Source: Octopus bimaculoides (taxonomy: Eukaryota). From it: a stretch of DNA of 42,609 nucleotides. Under the pieces are notes generated by a model, which had not been told where the DNA came from, did no database searches, and saw only the letters and a list, made by a program, of their open reading frames with translations. The position numbers and the translations under genes were made by a program. The stretch spans positions 84,417,390-84,459,998 of the forward strand of contig NC_068987.1 of NCBI RefSeq assembly GCF_001194135.2. Reading direction: 5' to 3'. Positions 24,567 to 36,961 of the stretch are shown piece after piece. The first letter of the stretch is position 1; the number at the start of each line of letters is the position of its first letter.

Positions 24567-24627
24567 ATTTAGTAAGACGTTTCACGGTTAAGAGTATGAA
24601 TTACCCCATTCCGATCTTCAGCTAAAT
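24567..24627 (-). ncRNA. Type I hammerhead-ribozyme-like motif with complete helix I
   Basis: Minus strand: ATTTAG-CTGAAGA-tCGG aat GGGGTA attca TACTCT taa CCGt-GAAAC gtc tTA-CTAAAT. Helix I is 6 perfect bp and helix II is extended. Two non-canonical positions: U.U at the base of helix II and C.U in helix III. Confidence 0.7.
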
Positions 24628-24776
24628 ATTCTAATAAATTTGCTAATGTCTAAATAACTCACGTTAATTTTGACCATGCGACATCAAGAACACGTGAGGC
24701 AGACATTAAGAAATTTATCGGCCACTGAGTTTAAAATCTCTCACCCTAATGAATTCAATTCAGTGACATATGTAAC

Positions 24777-25245
24777 TTAAATGATAAACTGCTGGAAAGT
24801 GTTACAGATTTTTACAGTTCCACTGATGGCATGGATCCATAGTCTTTCAATCAGCTTTCACCTTTCTGGCTTTGGGAAGCCTATTTTCTCAAGATTGTTA
24901 TATATGCCAGAGCGGCAATAATTACACGTATAAATCTGAACTTGTAGTCTGGGTAAAGTAGCTGTAGATTTCTCAATAGCTCAGCGCAGGTATCTTTAGC
25001 TTTAAGTTAACATCCAGTGCGCAGTTAGTTTCCACAACTGTACACAGTTTCCTTTCTCTGGCCCAAATCCCTATGTTTACGTTTTATTGATCTTTTCATT
25101 GGGACATTCCGCCAGTACAACCTTGTTATTACGTATGGCTATGGCTTCTACCATACTCTGGGTTCGTATTTTTTTTTTGTTTTCAGGCTTATCCTTCCGA
25201 CGGATCTCATTATATATTGTCTTCGCTACATCTTGTCTCAAAACA
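24777..25245 (-). mobile_element. Degenerate 3' end of an R4/Dong-like RLE LINE
   Basis: DVAKTIYNEIRRKD, YWRNVP, IWARERKLCTVVE, AELLRNLQLLYPDYKFRFI, ISGTVKICNTF, stop at 24777-24779. Frameshifted, and the catalytic PD motif region is deleted. Confidence 0.82.
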
Positions 25246-25920
25246 GACACAAAGACACACACACAAACACACGCACATGTCTGTATGTATGCAGGTGCGA
25301 GGCTGTGTGTATGTGTACGTATGTACACACACACACACACACATACACACATACACAAACACACACACTCACTCACACACACACACACACTCACTCACAC
25401 ACACACACACATACACACATACACACACACATATATATATATATATGCATAGTCAGTGGAAACTTAGACACCAATAATTTTTATTTTCTAATATGCGTAA
25501 AGTAGATATGTTTTCAGATATATGATTTTGCACTGCAAAAAACATATGGAATATAATATTATATTGCATACACACTTGTCTCAACAGCAAACAAACTAAT
25601 AATTGAATCTGTCATTTCAAAAATATTTAAAACGCTAATTGAAGCTTTGCAAAAAAAAAAAAAAGAACAGAAAATGTGAAAAGAAAGAGTGAAAATAAAG
25701 AAAATTTGAAAAATATAAAATAAATAAAAATACAAAATAAATTCTTTAGTTGAAACAGGTTATTGAGTGGATTAGAAATTATAATTTAACTAGAAGTAAA
25801 TGTGTTGATTATTTAAAATACTCTCATGTGTCTTCAGTGTCCGTCTTTGAAATACATCTCCTGCGTTGTTTAAATAAATATATATATGTGCGAGCTCTCA
25901 AAGAAGATTCTCGTTTTGTT

Positions 25921-26174
25921 GTGCAGGCTACGTATAAGGTACGAACATTTCTACTTAAACGCAGGGTTCTGGGTTCAGTTCCACTGCGTGGAACCTTAGG
26001 TCGATCAAAGCCTTGATAGTGGAGTTGGAAGACGGAAACTGGAAAAAGAAAACCGTCATATATATATGTGTGTGTGTGTATGTGCATGTATGTACATTTG
26101 AATGTATGTTTGTGCTTAGGTCGATCAAAGCCTTGATAGTAGAGTTGGAAGACGGAAACTGAAAAATAAACGTC

Positions 26175-26210
<36 letters not shown>

Positions 26211-26400
26211 ATGTGCATGTATGTACATTCGAATGTATGTTTGTACTTGTTTGTGTCTGTGTCTTTCTGTCTCTGTGTGTCACAGGCCACCACTTGACAA
26301 CTTTGTTGGTTTTTTCACGTCTCCGTAACTTTGTGATTCGATAAAAGAATTCAATTGAATGACAGTGCTCCGGCAAGGCTGCAGTTTAATGACAAAATAA
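25921..26400 (+). mobile_element. SINE family B with internal tandem duplication
   Basis: gggttcagttccactgcgtggaacc...ggaagacggaaactg...ccgtaactt...gtgctccggcaaggctgcag, followed by an A-rich tail. Confidence 0.82.
25995..26244 (+). repeat. About 120-bp tandem duplication
   Basis: Units begin cttaggtcgatcaaagccttgatagt at 25995 and 26115. They differ by a few substitutions and by TA-run length. Confidence 0.93.
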
Positions 26401-26794
26401 AAAAAAAATTAAAAAACAATACCATAATACATGAGTACACATACATTCGTCAAAGCATTCTTAGATACACCATGTCTAAAAGTAATACAGTATGGTCATG
26501 TCCGTAACGCCTTTGGTTATAGGTCTGATCCGTGATAACTTGGGGTTGAATATGAACAACATCATCACATATATGTGTTGGCTTAATCATGTTGTGAGGT
26601 AGTTTTTGTCTCCTGTTTCGTTGCTGAAGACATGATGTATATATAATGAAGAAATTATACAAAAGGTATAAATAGATGATGAGTAAAGCACCGGTACAGT
26701 TTCGATTACCTCTTGTAATCCTTAGATTTATTGCAGGAACTTCGAAGTGGGTGTAGGGGTAACAGTATTAATAAAATAGACGGAAAGAGAAAAT

Positions 26795-26827
26795 AAACAT
26801 GTTTCGACCCGTTCTTGGTCTCTTCAG
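26795..26827 (-). ncRNA. Minimal hammerhead-like core
   Basis: Minus strand: CTGAAGA-GACC aagaacg GGTC-GAAA-CATGTTT, with palindromic AAACATGTTT. No helix I pairing was found. Confidence 0.55.
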
Positions 26828-27231
26828 GTACGTAAATAAAAAGTTTTACGAGAGATTTTTTGATTCGGGTTTACGTACTACTATATGTTCATCAACTTCG
26901 AGAATGACTAAAAAAATTGAAACGGAAAAATTTTAAATATGTGTATGTGCATATAAATACATACATACCCCCCCCCACATATATGTATATATTATCTATA
27001 TTATTATCATATATGGATATATATATATTTTTAATAATTATATGCATAATTATAACAATGGTTTCATCTAAAAAGGAGGTCTTTATAATTGTTCATGCCT
27101 ACTACAGAGGACTGATGGGACTCGTCTCCTTTTCTTAAACCGCAAATAAATATATTTATCGAGCAATGCGATGCTGAGCTCTCACACTGATTCTCAGTGT
27201 TCGATATTGGCGTTTGTGCTTATATATATAT

Positions 27232-27290
<59 letters not shown>

Positions 27291-27331
27291 AAGAGAGTGA
27301 GAGAGATATATATATAGAGAGAGAGAGAGAA

Positions 27332-27645
27332 GGCGCAGTAGCCCAGTATTTAGGGCAGCGGATGCGCGTACATAGGATCGCTGTTTCGTTTCCCAGACGA
27401 GCGTTGTGAGTATTTATTGAGCGAAAACACCCTGCTGTACTCTTCCACCACAACTTTCTCTCATTCTTTCTTCCTGCTCCTGTTCTACATGTATTTCAAA
27501 GGGGCCAGCCTAGTTACACTCTGTGTCACGCTGAATCTCCGCTGAGATCTACGTTAAGGGTGCACTTGTCTATGGAGTGCTCTGTTACTTGCACGTTAAC
27601 TTCATGAGGAGGCTGTTCCGTTGATCAAATCAACTGGAAGTGCCA
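27332..27645 (+). mobile_element. tRNA-derived SINE, family C
   Basis: ggcgcagtagcccagtatttagggcagcgg...gtttcgtttcccagac...gagcgaaaacacc...gtcacgctgaat...gaggctgttccgttgatc is colinear with 38298-38619. Confidence 0.88.
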
Positions 27646-28683
27646 TTATGTACGTATATNNNNNNNNNNNNNNNNNNNNNNNNNNNNNNNNNNNNNNNNN
27701 NNNNNNNNNNNNNNNNNNNNNNNNNNNNNNNNNNNNNNNNNNNNNNNNNNNNNNNNNNNNNNNNNNNNNNNNNNNNNNNNNNNNNNNNNNNNNNNNNNNN
27801 NNNNNNNNNNNNNNNNNNNNNNNNNNNNNNNNNNNNNNNNNNNNNNNNNNNNNNNNNNNNNNNNNNNNNNNNNNNNNNNNNNNNNNNNNNNNNNNNNNNN
27901 NNNNNNNNNNNNNNNNNNNNNNNNNNNNNNNNNNNNNNNNNNNNNNNNNNNNNNNNNNNNNNNNNNNNNNNNNNNNNNNNNNNNNNNNNNNNNNNNNNNN
28001 NNNNNNNNNNNNNNNNNNNNNNNNNNNNNNNNNNNNNNNNTATATATATATATATATATATGCATATATATTCATATATATATATATATATCTTTATTGT
28101 AGAGGAAAGCATTGATAATATTCTTCAATTTACGTAAGAAATACAATCGTATGATGTTATTTGAATGCAATTTATGTTTATAGTTTATATATTTCGCTTA
28201 TGTTCAGAAGAAGTCTTGTTTGATGTCTTCTGTATATATTTCGCCAGTTAGCCGAGTGGAACGTATCACTTCAACAGCTAAGACGCTGATGACTAACATT
28301 ACATTACAGTAATGGTTATCTTTGCAAATTTTTGATCTTAGCAGTTTTTTTGTATTATTAAAATCTACAATAATCCAACCAATAAAAATATTCCTTCAAC
28401 CTAGAATGCTGTCATATCCAAGTTCGTTTTTAAGACTTAACCATCAGACAGGAAAACTATTATCTTATGTGTAACAACTGACTGGACACATCAATACTTT
28501 TTTTCATGAAAATTCATCGAAGTAGCACCGACTAGACCTCAGCTGACAAGAATGTACGATGAGCAATGTTGAAGCGATTGTCTTGCCTTAACACAGACGA
28601 CCACCTATATACGTATCACAGTTATCTCCCTTGCTATCAATTTCTCAACTATCTCATTATCCAACCACCTATCTATTTATCCT

Positions 28684-28721
<38 letters not shown>

Positions 28722-29519
28722 CATCATTTTTACAGACCATCTACAAAGAAGTACGGCCAAATAGAAAAAAACATACGTAGATGCAGTTACAAAGACAAAA
28801 GCTAAGAATTTATTAAGCATGAATATAGAAACTGACTGATGCGTATATTTAAATGACATTGCCAATAGTATTTTGAATGCGAGTAACCAATCTTTTCGTA
28901 TCATTGAGAAAGAATATGCATGTGGTTCACCACAATGATTTGCTCCTTTTTTGTCTTCGAAATACACCTGAAGATGTTTAATATGGAAAGTGATATAACT
29001 CTCGCTTAGAATGGAAAAAAAAATGGTGATCATGTGCCCGCAAAATACGATGTATAGCAAGATGTATTCTACCTTGACCAAAGAAGGGTACATGAAAGTG
29101 TATACTATTAATTTACACGTAAGGCGAGCGTACCAATATACTTGTGAACCTCTTATTTATCCACAGGTTGGAACTGCAATGCGTAACATGGAAAGTATAA
29201 GATTAACGACCGCAGATATTGATATGAAAAGCATGTCTACATGGAAGAAGCTTTTAGAAATATAGAAATATATCTTCGTTAGATATAGAATGCAGTTGTG
29301 ATAATTTTTACGTAGCCCTCGTCATAATCCTGCGGGATCACTCATCAATCCTAAATATAAATTAATATACTCTCTTAATATACTTGCAAATTGGCACATT
29401 TTAACGTTATTTATAGAAAGATCACTTGTTCTACGGACAGAGATCAATGGTAATAAACTATCGCTACAAAAGTCATGGTTCGAAGCACAAACATCTCAAA
29501 TTAAATCAATTTGATGTAT

Positions 29520-29870
29520 TTTTACCCATCCGTACAAAGGAACAATTTACTCCGATCTGAAAGAGAGCAATACCTCTGTAGTTACCAAACATTGTTTTGG
29601 CTCCTTTTCCTTTATAGAGAGGAAGAATACTTGCATCCTTCCAGTCCTTAGGTATTACACCATCGCTCCAGGCTGCACTAATAAGTTCATGAAGGGACTG
29701 TATAATGTAATCACCACCAAATCGCAAGACCTCAGCACAAATTCCATCCTTTCCAGGTGCCCTACCAAAGTTCAATTTACTTATTGATGTCATTACTTCA
29801 TCAATTGAGGGCGTGGACTTTTAGGGAGCAAATGATAGGTCTTTGTTGCATAGTATCAATAACAACTAAC
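29520..29870 (-). mobile_element. RTE-clade LINE fragment (start of RT)
   Basis: DEVMTSISKLNFGRAPGKDGICAEVLRFGG...WSDGVIPKDWKDASILPLYKGKG...GNYRGIAL. Confidence 0.92.
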
Positions 29871-30245
29871 TCATGGCCAACCACCATGATATTTGAACAC
29901 GGATATTGCTAATCCCTTTTCTACTGAAATGGAACATATTGTCCGAAGTCTTAGCAATGGGATATGAGAACGTTAAGGTGACGTAATTGTGGAATGGATT
30001 TTTATTGAAGACCTCCGGAAATTAACTTCACCGCACATCACAAATGCTTACAACATGAAGGAATCTTATGTAATGTAAACGGACATACGCCCAATAGATA
30101 TGAAAACAAACCAATACGCATACACAAGCACATTTCTATATGTATCTACACACACACACACACATGTAATGTATATCTGTCTACCTATCTAGCTGTGTAT
30201 ACATACACACATACATACACATACATACATATATACATACATGCG

Positions 30246-30298
<53 letters not shown>

Positions 30299-30305
30299 CT
30301 ATATA

Positions 30306-30340
<35 letters not shown>

Positions 30341-30834
30341 AATAAAGTAGAGTGCTAAATAGTAAGAGTGGATAGAAGAATACAGACAGGAGGATAAAGT
30401 TCACAGTTCATTTTACCAGAGGGCATGGAGGTTGGTACGTACTTCCGCGAAGGTGTAGGCCCTTAGGTATAAATAGCCCCATGTAAGTCCAGGCATAATT
30501 TTGAATGATGCGTTCATGTTGAAGCAATGGATTAAATGTAAACGGACCACGTAGTTATATAGAGTGAGAAAGACAGACATGAAGATAGATAGAAGTGGGT
30601 TCTGAGTGAGTGGAAAGAAGATAGAGGAAAAAGAAAGAAATGAAGGAGGTAGAGAGAAAAGAAGGAGAAAGAGAGAAAAAAAAACAGAAAAATCAGGAAT
30701 GGAATGAATGAGAGCGGAAAATTTGATTTTAGTTTACTTTCGCTCGCATTCATTCTTTCACACACCTCTCTCATTCCTGCCTTTTCTCTCTCCACCCTCT
30801 TCAAATTCACCTTACCATAGTTAAATTATTACAA

Positions 30835-31407
30835 ACTAGCAGAGATGCCCGGTGTTGCTCGGGATTAAAATGGCATAGTTTGTATATCTAATGCAGTTAT
30901 ATTGAAACAGGTGATACAGGAAAATAGCTTGAGTGACAAAACTTGAGCCGCTTTAGAAGAGCTTTTTCTAACGCATGACCCCTCAGTGACATGGTTGAAC
31001 TCTCATTGGTTAGTAATAAAGGCTTATCGGCCAAACGTGGCCCATAGCGGTCATACGTACGCATGCACGACCACACACACAACGATAGAGGGAGACATGT
31101 AAATAGTGCATTTAAGTAGACGGAGAGCAAACAATTTAAAATAAGTAATGTTGTAGGCAGAACGTACAAACACCGTAAAGACAAAAATATTTACACACGA
31201 CAAAATTGAAATACACTGAAGACAATTTTTAGGCAGATGTTGCAAAAGTGAATTTAAACACACAGGATGAACAAAAATGAAAAATAACTAAATTATTTTT
31301 CAGGGAGAACGCACAGAAACCGTAACAACAGATTTTTACGCACGATTTATTGAAATACACGGAATTCAATTTGTAAACAGACGTTAGTAAGAGTGTGATT
31401 GAGTTAA

Positions 31408-31466
<59 letters not shown>

Positions 31467-31930
31467 GTGAGTAAGTGAATGAGTGAGTGAGTGAGTGAGT
31501 CATTCAGTCAGTGAATGATAGAGAATGAAAGAAACAAAGACTAAAAGCGTGGAACTATTATAGTGAGTGAGAGAGAATATGTGTAAGAGAAACAGAGAAT
31601 GGGAAAAAGACACAGAAGAGGGGAAGAAGCAAAAAGAGAAAAGGGAGAGAATCGTTTGAAAACTGCAGAAGTCTTTAAAGGAAGACCTACGTAAAATAAT
31701 GTTTCGCCCGGTTTCTCGCTTTACGCGAGTGCTCTGGGGGAAATGTTATAGTGCATGACCATCCATGGCACATATGTAATGTGTGTGTAACGTTTGGTGA
31801 AAATCGGTCGAAAACGTAGAAATCCATACGTACTACACCCACACATACACACACAACAAGCCTGCGCGCATACAAACACAAACACGCTTGCTGGCACAAA
31901 CACACTGGCATCCTTTGCTTTATATATATA
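30835..31930 (+). mobile_element. Non-autonomous Helitron/Helentron-like element (Lep1/DINE-1-type architecture)
   Basis: 5' end ACTAGCAGAGATGCCCGGTGTTGCTCGGG with a cccg/cggg hairpin. Internal (GA)n and (GAGT)n tracts. 3' block gtttggtgaaaatcggtcg...ggcatcctttgct-tatatatata, where 31907-31919 is an imperfect inverted copy of 30838-30849. Confidence 0.6.
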
Positions 31931-32483
31931 AATGACTTGAAATACTCGTCCTACGTTGGTTTTTGTTGTCCTTTTCCTCTAATATATAGCTGCTAAATCA
32001 GAAGCCTAATACGGGTCCCTACCTCCATCCTCAGGTGTGAAATCGGAATCTAACGGCCGACCAGTTAGAGCAGTTATTCAGCGTACCTATTAGTTTTAGA
32101 TCACCAGTGAACTAAATCCTTCGTATTCTCTGTGTATATATGTCGATGAAAACAAAAATGGCAAAGTAGTTTATTGTTTAGCTGCAGTGTTTAGCACAGA
32201 TACAGCAGACCTGTAATCAAAGAGACAGTGTACCAAATATTGTATTTATATATGCGTATTATGAAATATATTATTTAATATTCATTTTTGTTGTCTTTCT
32301 TTGAATATGATTGATGTAGATAGAGTTAGATATTTTGTAGATGTTATAGTCTTCTGTATAGATATGCACAAGCAGATTTCATTCCATGTTCTGTTTGTAG
32401 GTTTCGTACGATGAGCAACGAATTTAGTACCTATAAATAGATTATTCATATATAGCAATTCATATATATATATATATAAACTT

Positions 32484-32496
32484 TTTTTGGGGGCCT

Positions 32497-32548
<52 letters not shown>

Positions 32549-32560
32549 GAAGGCCAAAAA
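32484..32560. repeat. (AT)23 flanked by short inverted repeats (palindrome)
   Basis: ggccttctc (32492-32500) and gggaaggcc (32547-32555) are inverted at 8/9 around (AT)23. Outer ttttt/aaaaa. Confidence 0.85.
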
Positions 32561-34579
32561 TACATCAGCACATATCTCACAGCAATAAACACGCTTGGAA
32601 CAGTTCGAGTATTAAAGGCAAGGCCAGTGAATCAATAAATACGTTGGATACACAGGTTTATCGATAATGTAAGAAAGGTGTATTAGTTCGATAAATATCT
32701 CGTTTCATAACGATGCAACCATAGCTGTAAGAGAATCCGATAGCAAATCAAGCATAGATCAATTTTTTTTGTAATTGACTCTGTTATTGAGTTCGTACAT
32801 TCAACATAACGTATCTATTTATCGCATCACGTATTCAATTAATTCATTAGCAACTGCACATACGTGCGTGTGTTTGTGTCTGTGTCTGTGTGTCGACGTA
32901 TCCTTGTGTGGGAGGATATTCACTTTCTTAAAAAATTATACGCTGGTAAATGAATGAGATTCAGTTTGCGTCACTGCATTCGTATATTTGCAGTTTATTG
33001 ACCCGTGTAGAAAAAGCCTAAGCGTCCCATTCACGCAGTTGACTGATATGAACACATAAACACAAGGTCATAAGCACTCGCATTAAACCAATGCGCACAC
33101 AGACTCACACACATATTTCTATCTGTCTATATATCTGTCTGCCTATCTGTCTGTATTATATAGGTGCGTGTATGTATGCAAATATGTATATGCATATGTA
33201 TATATATATATATATATATATATNNNNNNNNNNNNNNNNNNNNNNNNNNNNNNNNNNNNNNNNNNNNNNNNNNNNNNNNNNNNNNNNNNNNNNNNNNNNN
33301 NNNNNNNNNNNNNNNNNNNNNNNNNNNNNNNNNNNNNNNNNNNNNNNNNNNNNNNNNNNNNNNNNNNNNNNNNNNNNNNNNNNNNNNNNNNNNNNNNNNN
33401 NNNNNNNNNNNNNNNNNNNNNNNNNNNNNNNNNNNNNNNNNNNNNNNNNNNNNNNNNNNNNNNNNNNNNNNNNNNNNNNNNNNNNNNNNNNNNNNNNNNN
33501 NNNNNNNNNNNNNNNNNNNNNNNNNNNNNNNNNNNNNNNNNNNNNNNNNNNNNNNNNNNNNNNNNNNNNNNNNNNNNNNNNNNNNNNNNNNNNNNNNNNN
33601 NNNNNNNNNNNNNNNNNNNNNNNNNNNNNNNNNNNNNNNNATATATAAACGTGTCTGTACAGAGAAACTGAGAAAGAAATAAGGACACAAACCGAATGAA
33701 TTATGTGTTACATATACCTTTCTGTAAATACATATTGAAATGTATGTGTTTGACATCGTGGCTTTGTCCATCTCCATGTTACTCTACGTATTTCTGTGCC
33801 TATGTAAATGTGTGTATTTATCAATGTGTTTATGATATATATATATATTTGTTTCTATCGTAAATTCCCTTGTGCATATATGTTTGCCCTCATGAATAGG
33901 AATGCATCGTAAATGTAAAATGATGTTAGCCTACGTGCATTTCAATCTGTTGTACATGTTTACATTTGTTTGCGATTCTGTGACGATGAACACGTGCATA
34001 ATATAAAACATCGTCCGGTAGTAAATTTGAGAGTCTGATGGTTTATTGTCTGAGAACGAGGTTCTGTTACGTTAGAAGAGTTTATATAGCGGAGATACAC
34101 ATCGTGATGTGTGTAGGATCGCACTTCCGCGTGTACGTCAATACATATTCAAACACATACGCAGATTTTCAGACACATATGCCTGCATATACATACACAT
34201 TAAAACACTGCCATGGACACACACACACACGCACACACATACACGCACATCTTTACGCATGAACACAGCCAGATTTCTCATATTAAGTTTATCTTCATCT
34301 TCATATGCAACCCTTAGTGCAGAAAGCTAGAACGATCAAAATTTTACTATATACGCCTATGCTAGTAAGCATATACTTGAATAGCTTAGTGAGCATATAT
34401 GTGCATTGCGTGTGTATGTATGTATGTATGCATGTATGTATGTATGTATGTATGTATGTGTGCATGTATGAACTCACATTCCCAGAACAGCCATGCTACA
34501 AACAATGCCAGGCAAACCATATGCTTCACAATCTATTTACCTGGAAATGGTAAAAGTTAGAAGTCGTAGATAAATTTGT

Positions 34580-35160
34580 CTTACACCGTTAACATTTAAT
34601 AATTTAATACTCTCGACGAGGCGGTCAATTATAGACATTGTAAAACTTGTGATGCGTTTGGAAAGCTTGAATCGAGATTTTGGTCGCTTTCGGACATCAA
34701 AGCAGCAACGAAAATTGACCTCTCTCACAGATGTGTCTTACCAGCGCCGTTGTGTAGTTACGCGACCAAGACATCCTAACGAAGGCATATCCAACATCTC
34801 AAGCAATCCACAAGCGATGTTAGCGTACTATGCTGGAGAGCTCATGCTTATCTTATGTGCCTGACACAAGAGTGGAAGTAACAAATATCGAGTCTATGGT
34901 CATGAAACACCAACTTTGATGATCTGGTCATGTTGTCAGTGTAGAATACATGTGCCTGCCTAAACAAGATCTGTATCGTGGGCTGGAGCAAAGAAAGCGT
35001 CCCCAGTGCAACACACGCAATCGTTTCAAAGACTACATTATAGACACACTTAAAAAGATCATTATCGATTATAATATCCGGAAAAATCTTGCATCAGGTA
35101 AAGACGTGTGTTGGAATATGATTGCTACTTGAGTTAAAACATTCAAGAACAAGGTTGCGT
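34580..35160 (+). mobile_element. RTE-clade LINE 3' remnant
   Basis: AFGKLESRFWS..IKAATKI, RHIQHLQAIHKRC, NIESMVMKHQL**SGHVV, LPKQDLYRGL, RNRFKDYI. Confidence 0.85.
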
Positions 35161-36284
35161 AAACTGTTTTAAAACATACTGGTAACTATGTGGAATTTGT
35201 AAATCCCCTCCTTGAGAAAGGCATGACTGGGTGGAAGAAAGATGCATTAAACACACGAAGTGGAACTGTTGCAGAAAACAAAGAACTTAGGATTTCGGAC
35301 GGACATGATCACTTGTGTCGTCCAATCTGGACATGGCACCTGAAGAAGTGAAACCTATTGTTTTATAGAAATACCACTCGTTAGTTAGACTAAATCCTAC
35401 GTTCAAACGTGTAATAAAATCATGGAAGATAAAAGTTTTACTGGTATCTTCAAATCCTATTACTAATATTCATTGTCTTAAAAGCGATGTTTTCAAACAT
35501 CATATCACATTGTATCATGAATATTATATAGAATATTTTTTTTTCCATTTTATATATATCAACTCTCTTTATTTGTAATATTAATACCAACCTGTTGTCG
35601 TTATTAATCACTCATATGAATCATGTAGTAGGCTTTCAGTCAGCTTGCAATGTGCTTTCCGTTTATGATCTCTGTTTGTTTAAGGTGTTTCCTAATGGTT
35701 TATAATTGTTTCTGTTCGTGTCACTGTGAGAAAACAAGTTGGAAATATAGGGTAAAAATAAAGAAAACTGACATCCATACTATTTCATTACCATTACACG
35801 CACCACCATCTATCACTTGTGTTCATATCAATTAACGTAAGTGATGGACTCTTATTTATTTCATGATTTATTAATTTCCCCGTTTATCCTTTGTATGATT
35901 CACGCAAACATATAATTGTGCGTTTTCACCCCTTCGCATTATTATTTCTGGATAAATATAGGTAATATAGATATCCATGATGTTTTTTCATGTATGCTTA
36001 TATTCTCTTGTTTGAGGGGAAAAGTCGTTGCTTGGATTCACAATTAATAATTGATATATTGGTTCTCAAATAACTACAGTTTGATGAGACACATTTGTAG
36101 CAATACCACATAGCATGTGTCGAATGACCCTTATCAACATGAATTTCTTTAATAATAAAAAAAAAAGCTGATTTGGAATAACTCACACGTTGGTAGGTAG
36201 AACGATAAGTGATAAGTAATAAAACTCTAATTACCAAGTAGAATATTTAAAAAATATTGCAGGACAGTAACTGCGCGATAAATT

Positions 36285-36634
36285 GGTTTCAAATTCTGGC
36301 TCCTCGAAATGATGAAAAGCAAATTGGACAAGTGGACGGCGGCGGAATTTTAATAAAGAACGTAATGACGAACGAAATGCCGCTAAGCATTTTGGCCGCC
36401 GTGCTAACGATTCTGACTACTTGCCGCCTTTAACGGTTTCAAATTTCTGCACAAGATCAGGGGAATGTGTTAGTTAATTATATAAACCCCATTTCTCCAC
36501 TGGTTCTTATTTTATCAACCCTGAAACAAAAAGACAATGTCGACTTCTAGCAGAATTTGGACTCAGAGCCTAAGACAGACGAAAGTTTAGAGAGAAATTT
36601 TCCCAGCGAGCTAACGATTCTGGCAGATGCCGCC
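36285..36634 (-). mobile_element. Two tandem SINE family A copies (36285-36428 and 36435-36634)
   Basis: Each runs ggtttcaaatt...gaattt...gctaacgattctg...gccgcc. Confidence 0.85.
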
Positions 36635-36823
36635 TTATAAAATGTATATTATGTTTCCAGGCTGGGAATCGAAACAAACACGCACACGCACACACACGAG
36701 TAGATAGATAGTAAACAGACAAACAGACATATATTTCAAATTTACAGAAAACAAATGACGAAGACAAATAAAGGAACAACAAGCAGATGTATTAGTTTAA
36801 TGCTCGGGATAGATATATATGTA

Positions 36824-36920
<97 letters not shown>

Positions 36921-36961
36921 AGTGAGAGGGAGAGCGAGACAGATAGATAGAAGCTTCTTTC

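Noticed and set aside
28286-28330. CTGATGA followed by a 9-bp hairpin
   Set aside because: No GAAA follows the hairpin.
35340-35356. CTGAAGAAGTGAAAC
   Set aside because: Helix II is entirely absent; at most an unrecognisable relic.
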